Source: Rebecca billardiae RCC1528 (taxonomy: Eukaryota; Protista; Haptophyta). Taken from it: a stretch of 64,000 nt of DNA. Shown here in pieces: positions 54,112 to 64,000 of the stretch; position 1 is the stretch's first letter, and every line of letters starts with the position of its first letter. Where the stretch lies: assembly GCA_965240325.2 (NCBI GenBank), contig OZ251225.1, forward strand, positions 3,472,001 to 3,536,000, given 5' to 3'. Below the pieces are notes generated by a model. That model did no database searches and was not told the origin of the DNA. It worked only from the letters and a program-made list of their open reading frames with translations. A program made the position numbers and the translations under genes.

Positions 54112-55521
54112 TCAGCGCACGTATGCGCGGCCCTCGAGCAGCCGCGTGCGCGGGCATTTTGCGATCTGCTCGCTGAGCGCCTCGATCCATCGAGCGCGCG
54201 CGGCCTCATCCGCCGCCCGCAGGAAGTGCCGCACGTGGTCGCGCGTACGCAGCTCGAACACGCACGCACCTGCCGCCCCACCCGCGTCGGGCTCGCAGCT
54301 GAGCGCGGCGCCCATGTCCTCAACCGCCACCACGACGCACGCGCGCTCATCCGCGCTCGCCGCGCCGTCGTACAGCGCGAGGCACTTGGCGCGCAGCACG
54401 GCGCGCTGCGGGGCGCGTGGCCAGAGCCCCGTCAGCGCCGAGCGCCGCCACAGCTCGCCCTGCAGCACGGGCTCGCTCTGGAACCACTCGTCGTGGCTGA
54501 AGGTGTGGTCGGCTGACTCGATGGCGAGCTCGACCGCGAGCGCGTCCGGCGAGCTCACGAGCAGCGTCGCCTGCAGCGCGGCGGTGGCCACGTCGTCCAC
54601 GGCGTCGAGGCCGCGGCGCACGGACTGGCCGTGCTGCGCGCCGAGCCTGTGCGTGGCGACGCCGACAGCGGCGTCCTTCGCGTCGTCCGCGACGATGCGC
54701 GTCGCGCGCTTCGCCGCGTGGTACACGCCCATCGTGGCGGTGACGACGGCGCTGCCCACCTCAGCGGCCGCCTTGGCGCGCGCGTCCGAGGGCTCGCTGC
54801 CGCCGAAGCGCTGCTGGTAGAAGGCGGTGCCACGGATCTGGTCCGCGGTCACGCGGCCGACGCTCTTGATCACGTACGTCGTCGTGCTGAGCACCGCCGT
54901 CGACGCGCGCAGCGTCGCGCTCCCAACCGCCTGCGCGCTGTCGAGCGCTCGGCTCGTCCGCTCGGAGACGGGCGCGTCTGCCGCCGCCGCGCTCGTCGAG
55001 CTCTGCACGGCGCGGCCGAGCGCGCCCAGACCGGCGCCGAGGACGCTCGCGCCGCTCAGTAGCGCAGTGGCCGCGAGCCGCCCCGTCGCCTCGATCGCGG
55101 CTGCGACCGTGTTCTGCCCCGGTCCGTGCTCGCCGGCGTCGCTGCTCTCGACGGCGACCGCAAGCTCGCAGGCCAGCCACTCGCGCAGGTGGCTCGTGTC
55201 GGCGCCGGGCGCAAAGACCAGGGCGAGGCATTCGCCCTCGGAGGCGGACGATTGGATGGTCCACTGCTCGCGCGGCGAAGCACTGCCGCCGCTCGCGGGA
55301 GAGCGTGACACTGAGATGGTCGCGCCGCGCTTCAGCTGGATGCCCGCCGCCTCGCTGACACGCACGAGGGCGACGTCGGTGCCGGCCGCGGCGGCGGACG
55401 CCGAGACAGGGCCTTCCGCAACGAGTGTGAGCTGCTCGAACGAGCCGCCCTCGCCGCCGAAGCTCACCTTGAACAGCTGCGCATCACCAGCAGGGAGGGC
55501 GGCAGGTGCTCCGACCGCCAT
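54112..55521 (-). CDS. Senescence/spartin-associated domain protein with a C-terminal PH domain
   Basis: Amphipathic block from VAAAIEATGRLAATALLSGA to VATHRLGAQHG (HRYG-like motif). PH: LQGELWRRS...CLALYD...FLRAADEAARARWIEAL. Confidence 0.7.
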   Translation of the reverse strand: MAVGAPAALPAGDAQLFKVSFGGEGGSFEQLTLVAEGPVSASAAAAGTDVALVRVSEAAGIQLKRGATISVSRSPASGGSASPREQWTIQSSASEGECLALVFAPGADTSHLREWLACELAVAVESSDAGEHGPGQNTVAAAIEATGRLAATALLSGASVLGAGLGALGRAVQSSTSAAAADAPVSERTSRALDSAQAVGSATLRASTAVLSTTTYVIKSVGRVTADQIRGTAFYQQRFGGSEPSDARAKAAAEVGSAVVTATMGVYHAAKRATRIVADDAKDAAVGVATHRLGAQHGQSVRRGLDAVDDVATAALQATLLVSSPDALAVELAIESADHTFSHDEWFQSEPVLQGELWRRSALTGLWPRAPQRAVLRAKCLALYDGAASADERACVVVAVEDMGAALSCEPDAGGAAGACVFELRTRDHVRHFLRAADEAARARWIEALSEQIAKCPRTRLLEGRAYVR

Positions 55522-55946
55522 TGTCGTCCTTGGCTCAAGAACTGCATCACGACTGTTGAACTGAGTTGCCCATTGACGATATGTACATGATGCATGTATC
55601 ATACAGTAAGCTAAGAGCAGTGTAGTACTACTAGTAGTCACAGAACGACTGCCTGTCACTAGTGTCAGTAGTTAGTGACTTAGTGTCACCCGATGCCAAC
55701 GGCCCAACGATCCGGAACTCGTCCATCTGGCGGAGGAATTGTGTGCATCACTGCAATCTGCACCGCCGTGCCGCTGACAGGCCTCCTGGTGAGCAACTTT
55801 GGTGCCGAGTCCCCGGCGTGGGTACTGGGTTCCCGCGGCGTGACTTGAGTGATCGCGCCCAATGGCACTGCGAGCCAGCACCAGGTTGGCATCGGTGGGC
55901 GCACATGCTTGCTGGCGCGTGTACAGGCCAGCTCGAGCCGCCAGGC

Positions 55947-58095
55947 CTAGCGCTGCGCCGCCTGCTGGGCGACCTGCGCCTGCCGCTGCCGCGCGCGCTC
56001 CATCGCCGGGATGTAAATGTCCGGCGCCGCCTCGCACAGCGCGAGGTGCGCTGCTGCGGCCTCGCGCATGGAGAAGGCCTCGCCGAGCTCCTGCGAGCGC
56101 GCGCGCGGCGGCGCGGTGTGTGCGCGCGCGGGTGTTCAGCTCCGTGCACGTCGCTCCGCGCCGCGCGCGGCCGAGCGCCAGAACGCTGCGCGGTGCGCCC
56201 CCGTGCGCGCCCGCCGCTCAGTCGGTGCGGCCGCGCGCGTCCGGCTCGGCGTTGCGCGCACCTCCTTGGTGCGCAGCAGCGCGATGGCGCGGTCGTAGCA
56301 CTCGATGGCGCCCTTGAGGTCGGAGCGCTGCCACTTGAGCTGCGCGCTGTGGATCAGCGCGGCCTCGGAGAGCGGGTCCGCCTCGAGCGCGTGCGCGAGC
56401 AGCGTCATCGCCTGCTCGCCGCGCACGCGCGCGCGCGCGCGTCGCAGCGCGGCCGGGCGCCTGAGGGTCGGGCGGCACTGAGGGCCGAGCGGCGCGGTCA
56501 CGGCGCCGCCCCTCGCGCCGCGCCGGCCGCGCCTCGGCGCGCACCTCGTCGATGGCCTGGCCCTGCGACTGGACGAGCAGCGCGTTGGCTTTGTTGACGT
56601 ACGCCGCGGCGAGGTAGTGCCCGCCCACCCGGATCGCCTCCTCGAACTTGCCCAGCGCGCCCTCCATGTCGCCGGACTCGAGCAGGATCTCCCCGTGGAA
56701 GTTGAACACCTCCGCACTCTCGGGGAAGGCGCCCTCCGCCTCGCGGAAGGTCTCCGCCGCGTCTGTGCGCAGGCCGAGGCGGTAGAGGCTCATCGCGAGC
56801 TGCACGTACGTGAGCATCACCGACTTGTCCACCGCGAGCGCGCCGCGCAGCTCCTCCACCGCGCGCTGCAGCTCGCCGCGCAGCATGAACACCTGGCCGC
56901 GGTGGCAGCCGCAGTCCGCGCGCTCCTCGCCGCGCGCGGCCGCGCGCGCGCCGTCCATGTCCGCCAGGCAGCGCTCGAACTGCTCGCGCTCGAAGTAGAG
57001 CGAGCCGCGCTTGAGCAGCACGTTGACGCTCTTCTTTTCGAGCGCGAGCGCCTTGCCGTACTGCTCGAGCGCCTCGTCCAGCGAGCCGCGCACGTGGTAG
57101 AGCGTGCCGAGCATGTTGTGAGTCCGCCGCCCGTCCGCGCGAGCGCCCGCGCCCGCGCCGCCGCCGCCGCCGCCGCCGCCGCCCGCTTTGCCCCACGCGG
57201 CGAGCGCGGCCTCCCAGGCCGCGAGCGCGTCCGTGTACCGCTGCGCGTGCATCAGCGCGATCGCCTCCTCCTCGAGCAGCGTCGCGTGCTGCGCGGGGCT
57301 CGCCGCCGGGTCGCACGCGCGGCGCGCCGCCTCGGCCTTGGCCACATCCGGCTTGGCTCCGTTCGCCGGGCTGAGCAGCGCGCGGTGCCCAACGAACGAG
57401 TCGAAGAAGGTGCGGATGAAGACGGGGGAGGGCAGGGTGCGCGGTGCGCCGCTCGCCACGCGCTCCTCCGCGCGCTTCCGCCCGAGCATCTTGAGCACGC
57501 GGTCGGCCGCCTCGACCGTCGGCTGCTGCTCGAAGCACTTGAGCAGGCAGCTCGCGGTGTAGTCCAGCAGCGCGCCCGCGCAGTCACCCGCCTTCTCGCG
57601 CGCGGTGCCGCGGCGGTTGAGCGCCTTGACGTACGTGGGGTTGATGTCGAGCGCCGCGTCGCAGTCACGCACGCACGCCGCGTAGTCCTCGAGCATCGAG
57701 TGGCAGGCCGCGCGGTTGCAGTAGAACACCGACACCTGCTCGTCCCGAGGCTCGGGCGCGAGCTCGATCGCGCGCGTGTAGTCCTTGATGGCCTGGTCGT
57801 ACTGGCGGCCGGAGAAGCGCTTGTTCCCGCGCTCCTTCGCACGCTTCGCCTCGTCCCACGCCTGCGCCGGCGGCTGCGAGCCCGCCTGGGCAGGCTTGGC
57901 GCCAGCCTGCGAGGCGCCTGACGGCTGCTCGGACCGTTGCTTGCTCGCGGCTGACGTCGCATCGGCCACCTCGTAGCCAGCGTCCACCGAATGGTCGTCT
58001 GCCTGCGCGCGAGCCCGGCGTCGCCGGTACAGCACCGCGAGCGCCACCGCCGCGGCGGCCGCGGACGCCGCAACCACGATGGCTCGCCCACCCAT
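55947..58095 (-). CDS. TOM70: Mitochondrial outer-membrane import receptor Tom70; introns 56412-56544 and 56091-56261
   Basis: N-terminal TM anchor followed by RRRR. Clamp TPRs (KERGNKRF...YCNRAAC...YVKALNRR). LPSPVFIRTFFDSF linker, then multiple C-terminal TPRs. Confidence 0.85.
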
Positions 58096-58404
58096 CGCTG
58101 CACGTCGCGCGCGCGACCGCGGGCCGAGACACGTTCGTGATTTTGAGCCCGACTTATTCGCGCGCGTCACGTTTATTCCGCCGCGTTTATTGGACGCGTC
58201 TCGACTCCCGATTTTCTGCCGCGCGCTCGATGATGCGAGCTGTCACACAGATAGATCGCTGACGCCTGTCGCCTGACGGCTGAGGCGTGAGTCCTGGTAA
58301 CGACTTGAGTCGGCGTCCCAGGCGGAGGCGGGTTGCCAACAGCAGCTGCACTGCTCAGCTCGAAGTGTTTCAGACTGTTGTCCCAGTGTGACACGTAGTT
58401 GCAG

Positions 58405-59328
58405 TCAGCACGCATCCTGCAGCTGCTGAAGCCCGTCGTCGGGGATCGCGATCCATTCGGGCTTGTCACGCACGCAAATGTGCACCACCCGCCTCAGTGC
58501 GCGAGCCATGGTGACGCACGCAGCCGATCGGGAGCCGGGCTCCGGCGCGCTCGCTGGTGACGGCACGCTGCAATCCAGGGCACACGCTGAGAGCCACAGG
58601 ACGCCCCGCTGGCTGTCGTACGCGATGCTGAGATTCGTGCCACACTGCACGCAGAAGTGACGCCGCGCGAAGCGCGAGGTGCGCCGTAGCTCGAGCGTGC
58701 TCGCGGCGTCCCAGAGGACGTGCCGCTCAGCAATGGGCATCCAACTCATGAACGCGCCGCCACTGGCGCGGCGGCACATGGAGCAGTAGCAGTGCTGCAG
58801 CTCCAGTGGGGGCTCGCGCAGGGCGAAGTGGACCGTGCCACAGCCGCACGATCCCGTCTGGGCACCGGCCGTCAGGGCGTTGCGCGCGAGGGGCTGCTGC
58901 AACTGACGTCGCGAAGGCCATGGGTACCACCCCACTGCGATCGCCTTCGGGTTGACAGGTGCGACTGCCAGCCCCGGCCGGCCGGCCGCATCGGTGGCCT
59001 GCGTGGCTGGCGGAGCGAGTAGGCCTGCGGCTAGGTGCACCTTTTGTTCCCCTGGGACCCCGTGCGCGAGTCCGATCGCCGCGAAGCACCTCGGACAGCG
59101 AAGGAGTGCTTCGCCCAGCGCGCCTTGCACACCAAAGGCCAGCGGCTGCTCGCTGCCCGACAGCTTCACGACGGACAGCGGCATCGCGCCTTCCACGAAG
59201 AGAGGCATCGCGGAACCACTCGCGCGTGTGAGGGCGGGCTCATAGCGCAGCTCAATAGGCGATCGCGCTCTGAGCTCTCCACCGACCTCGCCACACAGGC
59301 ACCGCAGCGGCAGCCGCGCGGCCGCCAT
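58405..59328 (-). CDS. GFA/CENP-V family zinc-binding protein (intact C-terminal domain, degenerate N-terminal domain)
   Basis: GSCGCGTVHF...HCYCSMCRRASG...RRHFCVQCGT...HI....KPEW. The N-terminus has CLCG and CPRC. Confidence 0.85.
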   Translation of the reverse strand: MAAARLPLRCLCGEVGGELRARSPIELRYEPALTRASGSAMPLFVEGAMPLSVVKLSGSEQPLAFGVQGALGEALLRCPRCFAAIGLAHGVPGEQKVHLAAGLLAPPATQATDAAGRPGLAVAPVNPKAIAVGWYPWPSRRQLQQPLARNALTAGAQTGSCGCGTVHFALREPPLELQHCYCSMCRRASGGAFMSWMPIAERHVLWDAASTLELRRTSRFARRHFCVQCGTNLSIAYDSQRGVLWLSACALDCSVPSPASAPEPGSRSAACVTMARALRRVVHICVRDKPEWIAIPDDGLQQLQDAC

Positions 59329-59559
59329 CGGTCAAACCACTGACCAAGCTGCCAAGCAAGGTTCAGAGGTTCTGGTGAGGGTGGTGGTTGGTTGGGGGCT
59401 GGCCAGGGTAGGGCTGGAGGCTTCGGCCGCCAGTCTGATCACCCGGAGCCCGTTATAAAGGGGAATTTAAAAAGGTCATCGAGACCAGAACCTCTGAACC
59501 TACACACAGCCGACTGAAACGATGTCGTTACTTCGACTGTATGTAGCTACGTATCGTAT

Positions 59560-60135
59560 CAGTTCGGCTCGGCAGCATGCTGGCGGCAGTGCTGCTTCTC
59601 TGCTTGAGGTGCTCGCGCTGCGCCATGCGCTCGACGACGGGCCGCTGGTCGCTCAGCCGGCGCGCCTCGTGCCGGCAGAGCGAGAGCACGCGCCACTGCA
59701 AGCGGGCACTGCTGCCCCGGCCTGCGCTGCGCAGCCGCGCACCGATCGCCAGAGGCGAGACCGAGCGGAGCTCGGAGCGGAACGAGGCGAGCGGCGCGTC
59801 GCGCCTGCCGCCGCGCGTGCGCGCCTGCTCCACCGCGCCGCGCCGTGCTCGCCCGCCGCCTCCTCGTCCGCCACGTCGGCCTCGAAGCCACGGCGGCGGC
59901 CAGCCAGCGCGGCAGGCCGTGACAATCGGCAGCCAGTGGCCGTGCGTGCTCGCCGAGTTGCTGCTGCTGCACCTCCGGCGCGGTCGACGACCGAGTTGAG
60001 GAGGAGCTCGCGCTCGGCGTCGAGGAGCGAGCTCGCGAGCTCGAGCTCGCCCTTCAGCCGCGCTAGCTCCGGGCGCATCCGGCTCATCTCCGCTGCGGCG
60101 TGCCGTCGCGGCGCGCTCCCGTCCTCATTCCTCAA
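59560..60135 (-). pseudogene. Possible frameshifted remnant of a coiled-coil protein gene
   Basis: Coding-like segments (LARLKGELELASSLLDAERELLLNSV; FEADVADEE; VVERMAQREHLK) fall in different frames. Confidence 0.3.
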
Positions 60136-60316
60136 GCGACGAGCTCACGTAGTGCTCCGGACTCGGCTCGCCCTTGCGCGCTCCTCCTCGAGCGACGAAC
60201 GCGCCCGCGGGTAGGTTGTTGGGCGCGCGCCGACTTGGCGTGACTCGGCCACGCGGCCCGGCAAGACGACAGACCGGTGGGCGCGCTCGGTGAGAGCGGA
60301 GCGCGAGGGCTGGGCG

Positions 60317-60740
60317 AGACGGAGTACGGACGCGGGGCCGCCCTGCGAGGCGACAGGCGCGCTCGGGGAGAGCAGAGTGCGAGGGCGAGAGGCAGCGGCC
60401 GGCCGGCCCCCGCCACCACCTCGCGCACCGCGGCGTACTGCGGCGGCACGCGCACGCACGGTCCCCGGTCCGAGTCAAGGGCTCCATCCACGCGTCGCGC
60501 GGCTCGCGCCGGCGCGTACCGGCGCGAGTTGTGAGACGGAGTAGACGCGGGGCCTGTGAGGCGACAGGCGCGCTCGGGGAGAGCAGAGTGCGAGGGCGAG
60601 AGGCAGCGGCCGGCCGGCCCCCGCCACCACCTCGCGCACCGCGGCGTACTGCGGCGGCACGCGCACGCACGGTCCCCGGTCCGAGTCAAGGGCTCCACCA
60701 CGCGTCGCGACTCGCGCCGGCGCGTACCGGCGCGAGTCGT
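60317..60740. repeat. Tandem duplication, ~210-bp unit x2
   Basis: 60317-60534 and 60535-60740 are near-identical. Confidence 0.92.
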
Positions 60741-60950
60741 CAAGGGCCTTGCCCCATAGTGCAATTTCGTCTGCGTGCTGTATATTCGTCACGAATACCC
60801 TACGGAGTGATCATCTTTTGTCTGCAGTGCGCCCTCTAGTGGCTTCCGCGGGAACCATGTGGCATGTCCATTTACGACCATGCACGTTCAACCGTATCGC
60901 GTCGGAAGATTGAACGGGAACCCCCTTGGTAGAATACCCTGCTACTAATT

Positions 60951-61089
60951 CTATGATTTAAAGACACAGGCACGAGGGCGCAGCTCTCCTGATTCGTCTG
61001 TCGAAGTACTGATTGGAGACAGAGGGTGTGAGCGCGTTCGGGCCGCGGGTGAGGACCTAGTCGTCGTCGATGCCGGATGCCCAGGGATG
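60951..61089. repeat. Dispersed repeat, copy 2 (see 28185-28305)
   Basis: 45-nt identity with 28196-28240. Confidence 0.85.
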
Positions 61090-61369
61090 CCGCTGAAGTG
61101 TAGGACCCCCGTGCACATGCACTTTTTAAAAACACGTCCGGCCCTGGGTCCGGTTGGTCCCGGACTGGCGACCAAGTTTTGTTCCGTATGAATATTTACA
61201 ACAAATCGCAGCTAGATATTCGTTCACTACCCAGATATACTGCTGACAAAGGCACGTCCACAGGCTCACGTCCGTCCATCGACATATGCGGAATGGCGCG
61301 GGCGCGCTTATTTCGTCAATCGCGTAGTCTTGCTAATGGACTAATGGAGAGCAATGGGCCAATGTACCC

Positions 61370-63260
61370 CTCGAAAAAGCGAAAACTCACCCTCCAACAG
61401 CCCTCAAAATCGTCCCCCGTCCCCTTTTCTTTGATCAAAAGATCGTCTTTTAGTTTTTGACAACGTAGTGAGGGCCCCCGGCGGGGCTCCACGCTACGCG
61501 CTCCGCCCTACACCGCGGGCCATAATATTTTAGTTCATCAGTTACTCGCAGAGTAGTGGCTCAGAAGAGTCGCGTGAGTGACTGGCTGATGGCGATGCTG
61601 CTCGGCTGCCTGCATGTGAGATCGAATTATATGGCGGGCGCAATAATATATATTAGCCCGTAGTCCATAGCTTATGGCCCGCGGTGCAGGGCGGAGCGCG
61701 CAGCGTGGAGCCCGCACCAGCGGGCCCGAACCACGTTTCAAAAAGATCTTTGATCAAAGAAAAAAGGGACGGGGCGGTGTTTTCCAGAGTGGGGAGACCG
61801 AGTTTCGATTTTTTGAGACCTCCTTACACATGGATTAAGCGTCGAAAAAGGTCGCGCCCGCCGTCTTGAATAGTGAACAGAGGAATCAACGAAACCCACG
61901 CCCAAGTGTGCCAGGCTGGGTAAATTTTGTGGGTAGACTCTCGTTCATGTGTGATAGTTTGCCTCTGCCTTGATGAATATGTCATATGAACTTGGCTTCG
62001 CGGCGGTTGGTATCTAGAGTCTAAAACCCGCAAGCCTTATTGAAAATACCCGCGCAGCTATTCGTTGCCAGCCCATTCCATAGTCACTGACTTACCGAGC
62101 TGGCGAGCTCAAAACCTGCCGCCGTCGCAAGCACGTGCGCAGGTTTCTTCGGGGGTGGCGAGCGAGCCGCGACGACTCTTGGTCCAAGGGGGCGCTCGAT
62201 GGGCAGGTGCGCGTGGCGAGTGCCGAGTGGCGCCTGGAGCGCGCGTCTGCGGCGGGTCCCGACGGCCGTCGACATCGCGTTCGTGCCCGCTCACTAGTCA
62301 CTCCGCACGCCCCTGCCGCGCCCTGTCGATGCCTGCGCGGCCGGCCGCGCGGCCGCGCCGCCGCCGCCGCAGCCGCCGCCCTGTGTTCGGGCTCTCGCAA
62401 GCTCGGGGGCAGCGGCGCAAGTGATGCCGGACTGATCGATCTCTGAGTCTCCGACTTCACCACACGCCCCCCTTGCCATGCCTCTCCGCCAGGGTCTCCC
62501 AGAACTCTTCTTCAGAGCAGGCGCAAGTCGAACTGGCCGCGGCCCCGGCGCCGTCGGCTCGATCCCCGTGGCTGTCAGCTCCGCGTGGCCTTCAGGGCGC
62601 CTGGCGTGCCACTGCCCAGAGCTGGCCGTGCCTCTGCGACGCGTGCCGAGCCTGACCGAGGTGTGTCACCCCGTGCACGCGCGGCGCGCGCAAGCACCGG
62701 TGCTGCATGGCTGCTCGCACCGTGCTCCCTGGCTCGGTCAGTCAGCTCAGGCCGCGTGGGCCTGGTGTGCACGTAGAGTCGCGCTCATGCGTCGCTCACG
62801 CCTCGCGCCCGCCTGTCGGCCGTCGCGCAGGCGCGCAGGTCGAACCCTACTGACCTGCAGATCATGGCCCGCGGTGCAGGGCGGAGCGCGCAGCGTGGAG
62901 CCCGCACCAGCGGGCCCGAACCACGTTTCAAAAAGATCTTTGATCAAAGAAAAAAGGGACGGGGGACGATTTTCAGGGCTGGAGGAGACCGAGTTTCGAA
63001 TTTCGAGACTCCCTTACAGGTGCATCCTCGTCGAAAAAGGGCGCGTCCGCCGTCTTGAATAGTGAACAGAGGAATCAACGAAACCCGCGCCCAAGTGTGC
63101 GAGGCAGGGTAATTGTGGGTAGACTCTCCTTAATGTAGTGTGACCATAGTAAAATAATATGGCCTCGCCGCTGCAAGATGCCAAGAACGACCGTTGACAT
63201 AATCGTCCAACCAACTCCAATAGTGCGAGAGATTGAAAATACCCGCCGCAGCTATCCGTA
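61370..63260. mobile_element. Cluster of non-coding repeat or transposon-terminus-like copies: inverted copy ~61370-61524, direct copies ~61673-62066 and ~62863-63260
   Basis: ATGGCCCGCGGTGCAGGGCGGAGCGCGCAGCGTGGAGCCC...TCTTTGATCAAAGA...GGGACGGGG is identical over more than 100 nt in the two direct copies, which lie ~1190 bp apart. The inverted copy is more diverged. Confidence 0.6.
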
Positions 63261-64000
63261 TAGTCGGAGCAAGGGCGGTAAGGGCTGTCAACTCCTGACC
63301 AGTGGCGCCGAGTGGCGGAGGTTCCGTGCCCCTCAACTCGTGCGGCCTCGCGGCGCAGCGGCGAAGTCTCCTGGGGCGCCGCCCTGGAGGGCGCGTGGGG
63401 TGCGCACGCCGCGGGCTCCTGCGCCCGCGGCAGCGGCCGCGGACACGGCGCGCGTGGTTGGTCGCCTGCTAGACAGCACGTAGTACCCTCCCACGCCGCG
63501 CGCCGCGCTTGCCGGTGCCCTCGCCGTGCCTCAGGCCAGCCGCGCACGCGCGCCGCGCCAATGGCCAGCCGTGGCCACGAGCCAGCCGCCGGCGCGCGCG
63601 CGGTGCGCGGTGCGGTCGGCGCGGGTCGGGCGCGCGCCCGGGGCGAGGCTCGCGTATGATGGGCGCGCGTCATGCCGCCTCGCGCCGCCACCCACGAGCT
63701 TGATCACGTTGCACGCGGCTGCTGAAGAGTGCTCGTCGAGCATTCCTCGGCCATCAGAAATGAGCTTGGATAAGTGGTTGTGAGCGCATCAGTGCGACGA
63801 ACGCGGGCACTCGGGGACTTGCTTGCCATGACATGAGGCTGGCCGTGCACATATTAGTGGTCTGCGCTTGTCTATCACGCGTCGCTGCCGTCCCATGATC
63901 GTCTCAACGTGAGCATTTTCAAACATGGCAATGCACACTCGACAGCATGTAAACGCGTGCGCGCCGACCCATGCGGGCGTCAGCGCGGCGGCGCGAGGCG

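Noticed and set aside
55947-58095. Tom70 outside opisthokonts as a novelty
   Set aside because: Tom70 homologs are already known from stramenopiles and haptophytes.

Overview
A very GC-rich, gene-dense eukaryotic window. It has short GC-rich spliceosomal introns (mostly GTGCGC...CAG), flagellar genes (DNAL1, EFHB), mitochondrial genes (PAM16, TOM70, NDUFS6) and several proteins with signal or bipartite leaders. This suggests a flagellated alga with a complex plastid, most likely a haptophyte such as Pavlovales; the taxon is an inference. About 24 protein-coding genes are supported, many in tight head-to-head pairs separated by AT-richer spacers that carry microsatellites, small repeats and transposon-like remnants. 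Main observations: (1) a decaying tandem duplicate of the aquaporin 3' end has 9 short insertions, 2 substitutions and no deletions, and the same templated or palindromic micro-insertion signature recurs in other repeats; (2) an 18-unit EsV-1-7-type Cys/His repeat protein varies at fixed positions, and a second decayed copy shares its 5' homology boundary, both lying head-to-head with unrelated genes; (3) a NEK kinase-IQ-PX-PH-phospholipase D fusion in which both HKD motifs are degenerate; (4) a voltage-sensor-only CNBD-channel-like protein, SAM-cyclin Y and senescence-PH fusions, and a divergent pair of paralogous secreted proteins of unknown family. All annotation is by eye, with no database searches. 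Exon boundaries are predictions.
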